DNA from: Carcharhinus longimanus | Taxonomy: Eukaryota | Direction of reading: 5' to 3' | NCBI GenBank assembly: GCA_030264375.1 | Contig: JASCQW010000112.1 | Coordinates: forward strand, 35,053,178-35,117,177 | DNA: 64,000 bases | Part shown: piece by piece, positions 63,593-64,000 of the stretch | How positions within the stretch are numbered: position 1 is the stretch's first letter | How the letters are laid out: every line of letters begins with the position of its first letter | Made by a program: the position numbers and the translations under genes | The notes under the pieces: model-generated | The model's input: only the letters and a program-made list of their open reading frames with translations | What the model was told of the DNA's origin: nothing | Database searches by the model: none

Positions 63593-64000
63593 ACTGCTGC
63601 TGCATAAAAGGCATGGCTTTTCTGGAAACACTTCTACTTTGAATTCTCACTCAGCATGATACTTGCTCAGTGGCAGGTAACAGTGTCGCTAATCGCAATA
63701 CAAAAAGCTTGTTGGCATCAGCTGGATGCAAACTCACTCCCCACTAGCTGTGATGATAGGAGAACACACTTAACAGTAATGACTGCATTTATTAATGTCA
63801 CTAAGGTTTGTTGAGGTTTCCAAATGACACCAGCTGCAACATAATATGGAGCTGGAGACAACACAAAAGGGTCTGAATACTCTTTGACTATTACTTCAGG
63901 AGGCTACGTGACTTAAAGTAAGCTCCTTTGCTTTCAACAGACAAGGATAACAAGCTTTCATGCACAATATCACCCCGTTACTAATTCCCAAGCACAGACG

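Overview
Eukaryotic, AT-rich, repeat-dense DNA from a cartilaginous fish (shark), judged by abundant HE1-type V-SINEs, HER1/CR1 LINE fragments and a Deu-domain SINE. The window lies inside one minus-strand gene, ninein (NIN). Four coding exons were reconstructed (61276-61458, 42143-42236, 23786-23940, 4993-5035). They have GT-AG junctions and consistent phases, encode the N-terminal EF-hand region, and are separated by ~18-19 kb introns. The gene continues beyond both window edges. The introns hold several SINE families, CR1, L2 and Rex/Babar LINE fragments, Penelope-like elements (PLEs), a decayed two-gene PIF/Harbinger transposon with MITE derivatives, and a U6 snRNA pseudogene. Most notable: ~200-230 bp palindromic PLE-derived elements with long target-site duplications that carry minimal hammerhead-ribozyme cores sense to the NIN pre-mRNA; a 5'-inverted PLE; tail-swapped SINEs with candidate partner LINEs in the same window; and an unexplained 160-bp hairpin. 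Most of the six-frame ORFs are spurious or N-gap artefacts. Repeat boundaries are approximate and family names come from recalled consensus sequences, not a database search.
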